The notes under the pieces are model-generated. The model worked only from the letters and a program-made list of their open reading frames with translations. It was not told where the DNA came from and did no database searches. This document shows, piece after piece, positions 19,937 to 30,050 of a stretch of 64,000 bases of DNA. Position 1 is the first letter of the stretch; each line of letters opens with the position of its first letter. Source of the DNA: Rhodosorus marinus CCMP1338 (lineage: Eukaryota > Plantae > Rhodophyta); NCBI GenBank assembly GCA_029953675.1, contig JAMWBK010000005.1:124001-188000 (forward strand), written 5' to 3'. Position numbers and translations under genes: made by a program.

Positions 19937-22556
19937 AAGAAGAAATGGCCAAGTGGTTGTCACAAGCGAACGACGACGATTGGAGCGTCCTTCATATTTG
20001 TGCCTATCACCAGGAGAAGGGAGAGACGTTGATAAAGTTGCTGGAGTATGGGGGAAAGTATTTACCCCAAGAAGAAATGGCCAAGTGGTTGGCACACGTC
20101 AACAACGACGATTGGAGCGTCCTTCAAGTTGAATGAATGGTTTAATCGGAGGCTGAAAAAAAAAACCCCGAGGGGAAAAAAAGACTAAGCGCGGCGAAGT
20201 ACTCGCGCCTCCAACATCAAAGCGGCATTCATGCGCCACAGCAGGAAACTTAAGCGGGTAAACAACGATTGAAGACGGTCAGGGCGTTCGCGGAACAACT
20301 CCCGAAGCCAGCGAGAACCAACAGAGTCCATGAACCCAAAGCACTCAATGATCAGGGGTACCAAGCGATGTGCTAGTGCCGAAGCACGAACACCAGGGGA
20401 AGACAAAGCCCCCGCGTATTTGATCTCTTTGCGGCGTCTCATGCTGGCGGCGGCAGATCCACGGCGCTCCCCCGCAGCCGGGAGATAACGACTAGCTTGT
20501 GGGTTAGGAACAGCAAGATCAACGTATGTGGTACGGCGGCTGTCGTCACAGGTGATCACCAGGTCGGCTACACGGCGTTCATCATTTTGAAAGTCCGCGA
20601 CGGGTAAAGGTTTCTCACGTTCGATTTCCAGACCGGCTTGCCGGACTATAGGCCGAAGTTCCCGGTATAACAGGTTCAAGATCCGTGTGTGGCGGCGGGT
20701 TCGAGCACCTTTCACCGCCGGCCAACTAGCGAGCAGGTGGGCGCCAAAATCTGCGTTGTCTTCAGTCTGAGAGCAGAGAGGGCACGACGAACCCATCTCG
20801 TACGGCCAAGGGGGCTGATGTAAGCCGAGGTATAAGCGCAGTGAAGTACGCACTTCGAAATCCGACAGTGTGAGTGGCGGAAAGGCTGGTACGGTCATGA
20901 GCCACTGAGAGCTAAGAACCCCTCCAAGACTACGTAGGCGGGCGCGAGCGCGAGAAGATGAGACCATCTGCGCGAGGAGTCGGCCATATGCAGCACGGTG
21001 CAAGTCCCAAGAAAGGAGATTTTGCAGCGCATCCGTGCGTGCTTGAGCTCGGCTCCCAGCGCGCTGGGAATCATCAGGAGGATCAACTGGAACTTCTTCT
21101 TCTGCGGCAACCACTGGGTCAATCTCCCCTAGAACAGGTTCAGGCGCAGGACGAATCCCCGGGGCGGAGCCTCGAGAGCGGTCAAATACAGCTCGCCAGT
21201 CAGGAAGACGGGGTTGAACGGTTTCGGGGAGACTAGTACAGGAATTCAGGGCGGTTTGGAGCTCCAGAAACAAGTCTTGGGCGCTTTCCGGTACGCTGGG
21301 AAGCAAGACACCCCGCGAGAGGCTCGCCATCAAATTGCGGAACTTCGAGATACCCAAGCTGCTCAAAGTGGGAAGTGCGGTTCCCCAGGCCCCTACTGCG
21401 GCTGCGGGTTGGACCACAACACGATTGCAGAGGCCCAGTCCCCCCAATCGCAATGGGAGGCCTACCTGGGCGCGCACAACATCACAGGTGGGTCGCGGCA
21501 GAGCGCTCAGCTCTTCATCGAGAAAATACCCCAGGTCACGGAAACTTTCAGCATCCGCACGAGTGGCCAACCACCGGCCCCAATGAGTTGGAAGTGAGCG
21601 AAGCCAATAGGTTAACCGCTGACTGCAACAATACCGAAACAGCAACAACGAGCACTGGAGAAAGCCCGGAGGTAGCCGTCGAAGCTCTGCAACCAGCTGT
21701 CTGTGCTTACCGAGGAGCTGCAGCAACTCGCCTTCAACGAAGGACGGCGACCCGTAGGGGATGCCTAAGTGGACAAAACCATCCGGTCTCCAAATATCCT
21801 GGAACGACGCAGGTACCTGCTGCTCTTGTGCAGCTACACCTCCCCAGTAGAACGATTTGTGATGATTAACCTCCAGGTCAACCCGCGAAGCCAAGGAGCG
21901 GAGACGATCATAAGCGAGTGCTAGAGTATCAGGGGCGTGCGCGATATCAGGAGAAGGGAGAGACGTTGATAAAGTTGCTGGAGTATGGGGGAAAGTATTT
22001 AGGCCAAGAAGAAATGGCCAAGTGGTTGTCACACGTCAACAACGACGGTTGGAGCGTCCTTCATTTTTGTGCGCGATACCCGGAGAAGGGAGAGACGTTG
22101 ATAAAGTTGCTGGAGTATGGGGAAAGTATTTACGCAAAGAAGAAATGGCCAAGTGGTTGTCACACGTCGACAACGACGATTGGAGCGTCCTTCATATTTG
22201 TGCCTATTACCAGGAGAAGGGAGAGACGTTGATAAAGTTGCTGGAGTATGGGGGAAAGTATTTACCCCAAGAAGAGATGGCCAAGTGGTTGTCGCACGTC
22301 AACAACGCCAGTGACAGCGTCCTTTCTTTGTGCGCAGAACGTCAGAGGGAGGGAGACACTGATCAAGTTGGCGGAGCATGGGAGAAAGTATATGTTGAAA
22401 GAAGATATGGGCAAGTGGTTGGGAACAGTGGCGGACAGGGACACTAGACTTAAGCTCGAAAATCGGCTAGGAGCCACCTCCGTTGGAGCCGGCGGTGGCT
22501 CGAACACACTCCCATATGGACGCCGGCCTAAAGAAGGCTGTTGCGTGTTGATGTGA
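19937..22556 (+). pseudogene. Ankyrin-like 44-aa (132-bp) tandem repeat gene ending in a CaaX box, disrupted
   Basis: Unit AKWLSHVNNDDWSVLHICAYYQEKGETLIKLLEYGGKYLPQEEM, about 5 copies; split by family-B copy 2; frameshifts near 22120 and 22350; ends KEGCCVLM*. Confidence 0.7.
20130..21908 (-). mobile_element. Family-B RLE element copy 2, 5'-truncated, frame intact
   Basis: Near-identical to 9449-11226; covered by ORF 20185-22032; tail CCATTCATTCA. Confidence 0.9.
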
Positions 22557-22679
22557 AGTGAAGGGGTTGTTGTTCGTCTGAAGTTTTTACTCGCGCTCGA
22601 AGGAATGACAGGGGCTGGCCCCGATGGAGCAGATGCCAGGTTGCGGATTCCATCAAAAGCAAAACTTAGAAAAGTCCCG

Positions 22680-23140
22680 TATGTTGGGAATAGGGAGGTA
22701 GATGAGTATTCGTGATCCTTCCTATCCTTTCACTCGAACTTGATTCCCTCTAGGATCACTCTGTACGCGCTGGAGTCTTCGAGATTTGTGGACTATAAGA
22801 AAAGGTTCATGCAGATGCAAGGGGACAAAGACTCTAATCCTACCTACTGGATCCTAAATGTTGGGAATAGGGAGGTATGTTGGGAATAGGGAGGTAGATG
22901 AGTATTCGTGATCCTTCCTATCCTTTCACTCGAACTTGATTCCCTCTAGGATCACTCTGTACGCGCTGGAGTCTTCGAGATTTGTGGACTATAAGAAAAG
23001 GTTCATGCAGATGCAAGGGGACAAAGAGTCTAATCCTACCTACTGGATCCTAAATGTTGGGAATAGGGAGGTAGATGAGTATTCGTGATCCTTGCAAGGG
23101 GACAAAGACTCTAATCCTACCTACTGGATCCTAAATGTTG
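22680..23140. repeat. Imperfect tandem repeat, ~180-195 bp unit, about 2.5 copies
   Basis: atgttgggaatagggaggtagatgagtattcgtgatcc...ggatcctaaatgttg recurs. Confidence 0.8.
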
Positions 23141-23319
23141 CCGTTACCTGACAACTGCAGATTACCTACGATAGCTCTGTGTTGGTAACATCAGAGCTGA
23201 CCGTCGCAGAAACCCCCGCCGCCGAAGTCCGGTCAACATATAGGTCTTGATTAGTACCCAGAATTTTCGGTTGAACATTGGAACTCGTAAGACGTTTCAG
23301 TGTCGCCCCTCGGCGCCAC

Positions 23320-23415
23320 TATAGCAGAGGGGCGCTATCTCCGTGCTAGGCTTGCATTCTTCTCTCCCTAGTTCTTAGTGCTCGTTTCACGCTTGGCGTA
23401 GCGCTTCAGGCCATT
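23320..23415 (+). mobile_element. Degenerate family-C 3' tip
   Basis: ctccctagttcttagtgctcgtttcacgcttggcgtagcgcttcaggc resembles 47292-47340. Confidence 0.65.
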
Positions 23416-23795
23416 TTGGTAAGAACCCCTACAAACCAGATTGGAAACCCCAAGCTTTCATAGACGAAAATCTCTTCCAGACCAACCCCCCTCCCCTCTC
23501 CTGAAACCATCTCATGTCGAAGGCCCTGGCCCTTGCCCCTGATACCACAGCGCCGGACCCGTTGCCCTACTCATCTTCGCCTCTCCCGAGTCTGGCTACA
23601 CAGACGTCCTGCACCCCTCTGCGCAGGAGACCGCCATTATGAACGGAGGGCTCGGCACTGTGTGGGAGCACTTTATGATCCACGGCAAAACCCCTGACGC
23701 CGACTGTGTCGCACCTCCGCCGCCTTCCGTACAGTACGCTACCGACTGAAACGAGCCCTTCAACTCACCAAAGCTCAACGTCTGTCACAGTCTAG

Positions 23796-24760
23796 TCAAC
23801 TCCTGCTGGCCGCCGATCTCGCCCTGGAGACCTTCGCCACCTGGCGAGTTTTGACTACGTTCTTCTCTTCGTGGACTACGACGCCACAACCCTCTCGTGT
23901 GGGAGAGACGGCATCTCCACCACCTCCGTGAATGGGGGTGGGCTTTGATACAGCACAGGCGGATGAGTACAGCACAGGCGGATGAGTCCGAGCCCAGTCG
24001 GACCTAGGCCTGTCCCACAAGAAGAGGAGGTCGTCCTCCTTCGTAAACGCCATTTGTGAACCATGAACGTTTGTATACCGTCCAGTTCTTTGAATGGAGA
24101 TAAAGTCACCGATCGAGTTGAAAACGGTGATGTCTCCACTTTTCAGTACTCGTACCGCCACGAAAAGGCCTGAGCGCGATACTTTCAAGTCTCCGATGTT
24201 CCCGTCAAGGGTCCACCGGCGTACAAAACTCACCCCGTTGTCGTCCAGCTTGCAGATGAACAATTCGACGTGATTCGAAGGAGATACATAAGCATCCGCA
24301 CCTCTGGAGAAGGCCAACAGTTCACCATCGTAAGAAAAATCGCTCACGATCGCTTTCACCGCTTTTTTATATTCTGTTTTAATGCGCAGGGATCTCCTCG
24401 TGCGCACTGGAACGGTTATCCTATCAACCACAATCAAACCAAGAGACGTTCTGATCCGCGCGAGAACACAGCCCGTTCCAGACACATGCCATTTGGTAGC
24501 GGTGAATTTCACCTTCAGCCCGGGTGCATCCGCTTCGAACAGCACCACCGTTGGACCACCGTTGGCTGCTTCAGCGCCTTTTCAGAAAAGGCTCGAGAAC
24601 GGGCTTCCTTCGTCCTCAGCCTCTCCTCACACTCGACAAGCTTCCTTTCGCCTCTCACGATGCAGAAAACCCGCCTGCAGCATAGTGAAAACTCCAACCG
24701 ATCCGCTCGCATCAACTGTTTCGCAATTTCATGAATTATGTCACTTGTCATCTGCTCCAT
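23796..24760 (-). pseudogene. F-box + beta-propeller-like gene, frameshifted
   Basis: MTSDIIHEIAKQLMRADRLEFSLCCRRVFCIV is F-box-like; the downstream frame has WD-like strands (DFSYDGELLAFS, LKVSRSGLFVAV). Confidence 0.5.
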
Positions 24761-25073
24761 TGCACACTTGAAGCAGTCGTCGTGATCATGACGCCTTCCA
24801 GCAGAGCGTTCTTCCTTCACAGAAGACGTATATCTGCTTTCAATCGTCTGCTGAACATTGACGCCAACTCTTCAGTGACATGCCCTCCCACGAGCCTCGA
24901 GCCTCTCGGCAAGGGCCACTCATCCGCAGTTTTAGATGATCGACTGAACCGATCGATCGATTGTTGCAGGAGGAGCCATCACTACTACAGGGAGAACTGA
25001 GAGCCGCTAAGTGAGGCAAAAATCTCGAGGCACAATGAAGAAAGCTTCTTGCACGAGCATAGCAAGCAGGTGA

Positions 25074-25093
25074 CCCCAGACTAACGTAACCCC
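25074..25093. repeat. Telomere-like unit CCCCAGACTAACGTAACCCC
   Basis: Exact 16-mer plus 4 bases. Confidence 0.85.
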
Positions 25094-26190
25094 AAAACTC
25101 TAATCCAATGTTTACAAATTCCAATGATTATTTACTTAATTGTCTTCGTTGGAAAACTTTTTTTGTTCTTTTTGATCAAACCCCACAGTAGCTCACAATT
25201 GAGACAGACCTAGTTAGACACCTGCAAAAGGATCGTCATAGTCAGAACGGAATTGCCAACCTCGAAGAGGTTGGCAACTCCAATCGTCATGACAATCTCC
25301 TACTAACCCGGTTCCGAAGATATCATGATACTACTAAAAACTTAGTTGATCGCCGCTTATTAGCTCATAAAACTATCAAATTCAGGTACGACTTATTTCG
25401 ACATTGACCAGTGAAAAGCTGTTTCATGCAGAAGAAAAATATAATAACTTGCTTATTGGATATATCCGTTCAAATATAATCCAATCGTTACCCTTCCGCC
25501 AAACTCTAATCCAATGTTTACAAATTCCAATGATTATTTACTTAATTGTCTTCGTTGGAAAACTTTTTTTGTTCTTTTTGATATCAAAAGATCTACTCGT
25601 CCGTTCATTGGATATAGTGCAAAAGATATAATCCAATCGTTGAGTTTTTGAGGATGACTACATCCAATGGTTGCTGCTAAATATAATTTTGTGGAATTAT
25701 GGAAATAATTTTGATGATTCTTTACTTATTTTGTCTTCGAGCGGAAGAACTTATTTGTTTTTTTTGTTTTCTTTTGTGTTCTTGATGGAAAGCTCGATGG
25801 GCCGGTTGTGACTCGAAGGGTATAAACGGGTTGGTCGGGGAGTGCTGTTGCACAAAAAACAGCTTGCTCTGAAGCGAATTGGTGGTTTCAATTTTTTGAT
25901 TGTGTGAGGAATACTTCGCAGCCGTTAGAGGGGATGGTGGGGGGAGGGATTTAGATTAGATGAAGTTGGGGTTGGAGTGGTGGGCTGTTGAAGAGGTCGT
26001 TGAAGAGGTAGGTGAAGCGAACTGATGGTTTCAAATTGTTGATTGCGCGACGAATAATTCGCGGTCGTGTGTGTGGGGGGGGGGGTTGGGTTGCTGAGGT
26101 TGTGGCAGGTTGGGTTTGCAGTAGTAGGCTGTTCAAGAGCTGGTTGAGGAGGTCGGTGAAGGGAACTGGTTTCAATTTTTTGATTGAAGT
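25094..26190. other. AT-rich then G-rich island of unknown origin with internal direct repeats
   Basis: ~85-bp duplication (25094-25180 / 25500-25585), triplicated GGTTTCAA(A/T)TT(T/G)TTGATTG, perfect hairpin at 25253-25277. Confidence 0.5.
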
Positions 26191-27450
26191 GGCGATGTCA
26201 CCATCACATCCACCACGTACACGCATCCGCTCGTCGGGTGTCGTGCAACGATGTCTGGGCGAATTCCAGACCCAGCAAAGAACCCGTCAGGCTCTGCTTG
26301 TATCTCCGTGAAACTCCATAGGTGTAACCATCGACTCAGTTCCACCTTTAGCTCGTCGTGCCTCTTGGTTCGCATCCCTGATGAGGTCCTGCAGTGGTGC
26401 AGCCGCTGGACCCACGCACATCGTGTGGTTGCTCGCAGACTGTGCACGTGTGTGACCGCCCTAGTCCTTGTAGTGGTAGCCCTAGAAGCATCCGCATGCT
26501 CCACAACATCTCATTTCGCGTCAACTGCCGCGGCCCTGTACTAGGACAGTCACGTAGCCAGACCCCGCACCCCGTTCCAGATGCCGATCGGATCCTCGCC
26601 CGGTCTAGGTCGTCCAGTGTTGAATCTCCAGTAAGCTCCTCAAAGGCTTGTCGGTGACACTCTCGAGAGAGCGTTTTTGGATCGGACCGTCAAACCTTTG
26701 CGTACCTGCTGTGTCCTGGACTCGGCCGGTCATACAGTTGCACAGTCTGCGAGCAACCACACGATGTGCGTGGGATCCAGCGGCTGCACCACTGCAGGAC
26801 GTCATCGGGGATGCGCACAAAGAGACACGACGAGCTGAAGGTCGAACTGAGTCGATGGCTACACCTATGGAATTTCACAGAGATAGTAGTAGAGCCTCAG
26901 GGGTTCTTTGCTTGGTCCGGAATTCGACCCCATATTGTAGCACGGCACCCGACGAGTGGTTGCGTGTACGTGGTGGACGTGATGGTAACATCGCAACTTC
27001 AAAGGAATCAGTTGAGGCATTCGAGTTGGAGCTGCGGATATGCTGCGAAACAAGCAGAACAAGCGAAGGCGTTGCATTGTAAGGAAGTGCTGAGGGTGGA
27101 AAACCGAGACCTAGTTTTTGTGCCGTTCATCTTGGAGACTTTTGGTCGAATGGGAGAGGCCAGCCTGGAATTTCTTCGCAAAAGGACGGCGCATCTGCAT
27201 GATCGTGATTCCCACCTGTCGGCGGTGAGAGGTCAAATCAATCGGATCCTGTGGCAGCAAAATGCTGCTTTAGTTGAACATGCGATGGAGAAAGATCGCG
27301 CGGATAGAATAATATTTCCCTTGAGTAGAAGTTAGATGAGACCCCTGGACAGGGGGTACCAGTGAGTTTAGAGCGAGCGCATAGTAGTGGTAATGCGTTG
27401 CGGTAGGTAGCTGCCGAATAAAGGCTACGGGGTTACGTTAGTCTGGGGTT
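26190..27450. mobile_element. Family-G RLE element fragments as an inverted pair (minus 26190-26640; plus 26715-27428) ending in a telomere-like unit
   Basis: HHCRTSSGMRTKRHDELK...RPDIV..VDVMVTS...FVPFILETFG; 3' end gctgccgaataaaggctacGGGGTTACGTTAGTCTGGGGTT. Confidence 0.8.
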
Positions 27451-27899
27451 AATATTTGTGGCGGAGCGAAGATGATAGCGGATACGCGGCGAGAGCTGCG
27501 GAGTAGTGGAAAATCGCTCACTACAAAGAAGCGATGGTGGTGGAGAAACCGGATGATAAGTTCATCCCGATAGCAATAGAGACGTTTGGGCGTACGGGGC
27601 AAATGGCACAGGAGTTCCTCCGGGACAGCTGCAAGCACTTACTGCACAGGAGTGAGGAGCTGAGAGACGTGAGATCCCAGATAAACCGGCAACTATGGCG
27701 AGGTAACGCAGAGATAGCATTAGGCGCTTTCCACGTGGACCAGTTGGAGAATCCGCTGGTGCCTGTTTTTTCTTTTGAACGTAGCATGAGACCCCGGTAG
27801 CGGAGTTTCCAGTAAGTTTCTCCCTAGATAGGATTAGGCGTAGTGTTGCGCTGCAGTAGGCAGCTGCCCAGTAAAGCTTACGGTTACGTTAGTCTGGGG
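27451..27899 (+). mobile_element. Family-A 3' fragment plus telomere-like unit (27882-27899)
   Basis: ORF 27534-27800 and conserved 3' UTR. Confidence 0.85.
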
Positions 27900-28204
27900 C
27901 GCAATATTGCCGAGCAGTCGTAGGGGAATCAAACGACGCCGCGACGAGCCTCTGTTCTTCTCGGATCGTCAAGACTGGATCAGGTGGTGGAGCGTCTTCG
28001 TCGACGACGTCACGGAAGGAGGCAGGCAGTGGACGCGCCTTACACACTGCCCGGTTCCCACACGGCGATTTGTGCCACGCGCCCAGGTTCAAACATGGAG
28101 CTGCCTCTTCCGTGCTGCATTAGAGCTCTCTATGGACAGCACCGCACCAACAAACGCCAGCCTGCTTCTTGCTGCCCAGTAAAGCTTACGGTTACGTTAG
28201 CTGG
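27900..28204 (+). mobile_element. Internally deleted family-A mini-element
   Basis: First ~270 bp of ORF2 (matches 32820-33085 antisense) joined to the last ~30 bp of the 3' end, then gttagctgg. Confidence 0.75.
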
Positions 28205-30050
28205 AGAGGGAGAAAGAACTGCTACAAGAGCAGCAGCAGCAGCAGCAGCAACAGGACCAGCACAGGGGAGCAGCACAGGAAGGAGAGAGGAATGGGGAAC
28301 ACCTTGCAGCGGAGCAGGCCACAGCAGACCCAGCCCGAACAAGCGCAGCAGAGTGGCCCCCTACGCCGAGGTCAGATGACACAGATACCCAATCAACATG
28401 TGGGCCGCCCCATTCCACAGTCGTCAGAGCCAAACGGACACCTGTCTTCGAGCCCAGTGGGACAGACGCAGCCCGGGCAGCAGTTGATGGGACAGCCGCC
28501 GATGGGACAGCCGCCGATGGGACAGCCACCGATGGGACAGTCCCACCCAGTCCTCTTGCGACGGGACAACCTTGAATTTCCTACGCTGGCACAAACTGCC
28601 TCTGGCACCACATATGCCCAACGTGCTTCAAAAGCTGTCGGAATGCGGCAACATACGGCTCTCCGCCACTTGCATGCCACAGTGGGGGGCAGCCAGTGGG
28701 CCTCCCACACAGTTCCCGTGCTGGCCACCCTACGGAACGTGAGGCCACCTAGGTATGAATCCGTTGCGCTCGCTGATTATAAGCATTTGCTATGCCAAGC
28801 CCTAGGCATTCCGGTCAGTATGGTCCCACACATTGACTTTGTCGCTACGCACGCTCTGCTAGTATGTCATCCAGATGCGATTCCGCTTATCAAGAGCTGT
28901 ATCGCTCGCGGAGTGTTCCGGACGGGAGTGTTTGGCTCCTTTGCAAAGCGTCGCAGGGACCACCAAGTCTCCCTGCATACGGGGTTAGCACCTGATCCAC
29001 AGAATTTGCTGGGCTACAACGAACGCCAGCACATTGCTGAGCAGGACATTTCTTGCCACACCTTGGCACGGGCGATTGAGCAAGTTCAACGTATCAAGCA
29101 CAACCTATCGACACGACCGCTGCCATTCTCGGTCTCAGTCGTGATTGACGCGCAACTTGACGCCCGATTAGAATACCTGGCTACCCGTGTCGCGCCTAGT
29201 CCGCAGGAGCCGGCAGCCACCTCGGGGAACACAACCACCAACGCAAACGCAACCCACCCTGCAGTCTCCACCCCGTCTGAAGTGGCCACCCACCCTGAGG
29301 CATCGGGGCACTCTGAAGTGGCCACCCACCCTGAGGCATCGGGCACTCTGAAGTGGCAACCCACCCTGAAGTGGCAACCCAACCTGAGGTCTCAACTCAT
29401 TCTGACGGAGGAGACGAGAACCCGCACGCGGAGCTCCCCTGCAACCTTCAGGAGCCTTCTCAACAGGATTCGGAGTCCTCCAGCGATATAGAAGTCGAAC
29501 AAGATGCGGAAAGGTCTACCACAGGCGACATCAGAGCCCTGAAGAAGCCGCGACGAGCCGAGACACAGTCACACCACCTCGCGAACATATATGAGTGCAG
29601 GTGACTCCCGGAAGAGACTGCGCATCACACCGTTGATCACATCCGACCCAGGGGCATGGCAGCACAAACTGCTAGAGTTCCTGGAGACGCACACCCATGG
29701 GGGACAAAGTTGGTGGAAAGTTACCCACAGTCCAGTACGGACCCGGGAACATGTGCCGAATGCTCAGGTCAAGAAATGGAACACGCTTCTGCACCAAGCC
29801 CTAGGATATGCCCTCGACTCCGATGCTGATCCTCTTCTGCGCATTTTCATCATGGTATTACCGGGTCTTGCGCTCGGAAAGTGCGATCTCCGGCCAGGAG
29901 TGCAAGTTGAACATGTCATGGAAGGGGAATTTTCGCAAGTATGGATGGCACTCAACGCGAAGGCAGCGTGCCGACCCTCGGCACGAGCGCGACGGGCCGA
30001 TGGCCATGGGGAAAAGCGTCGCAATGCGCAAGTAATTCGGTTGGCCATTT
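28205..30050 (+). mobile_element. 5' part of a family-F element: ORF1 (ATG 28292, frameshift ~29350) and ORF2 N-terminus (29591 onward)
   Basis: ORF1 with QPPMG and EVATHPEASGHS repeats and the LRNVRPP domain; ORF2 start aligns with family-A ORF2 (W..F.E..T.GG..W....HSPV.TR..VP.AQV..W). Confidence 0.8.

Larger units (their letters stand above)
12763..19945 (-). mobile_element. Family-A element (12763-14216 + 19106-19945), 5'-truncated, degenerate, host of family C
   Basis: RT motifs GVQQGDPLGP and IHD(H)I at 19299-19952; ALFRY*AETRLDY continues across the insertion; RLE ORF 12848-13720. Confidence 0.85.

Noticed and set aside
25074-25093. Telomerase RNA template (one unit plus 4 nt)
   Set aside because: The same form occurs at ordinary junctions (27429); no supporting structure or promoter seen. 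More simply a healing or insertion scar.
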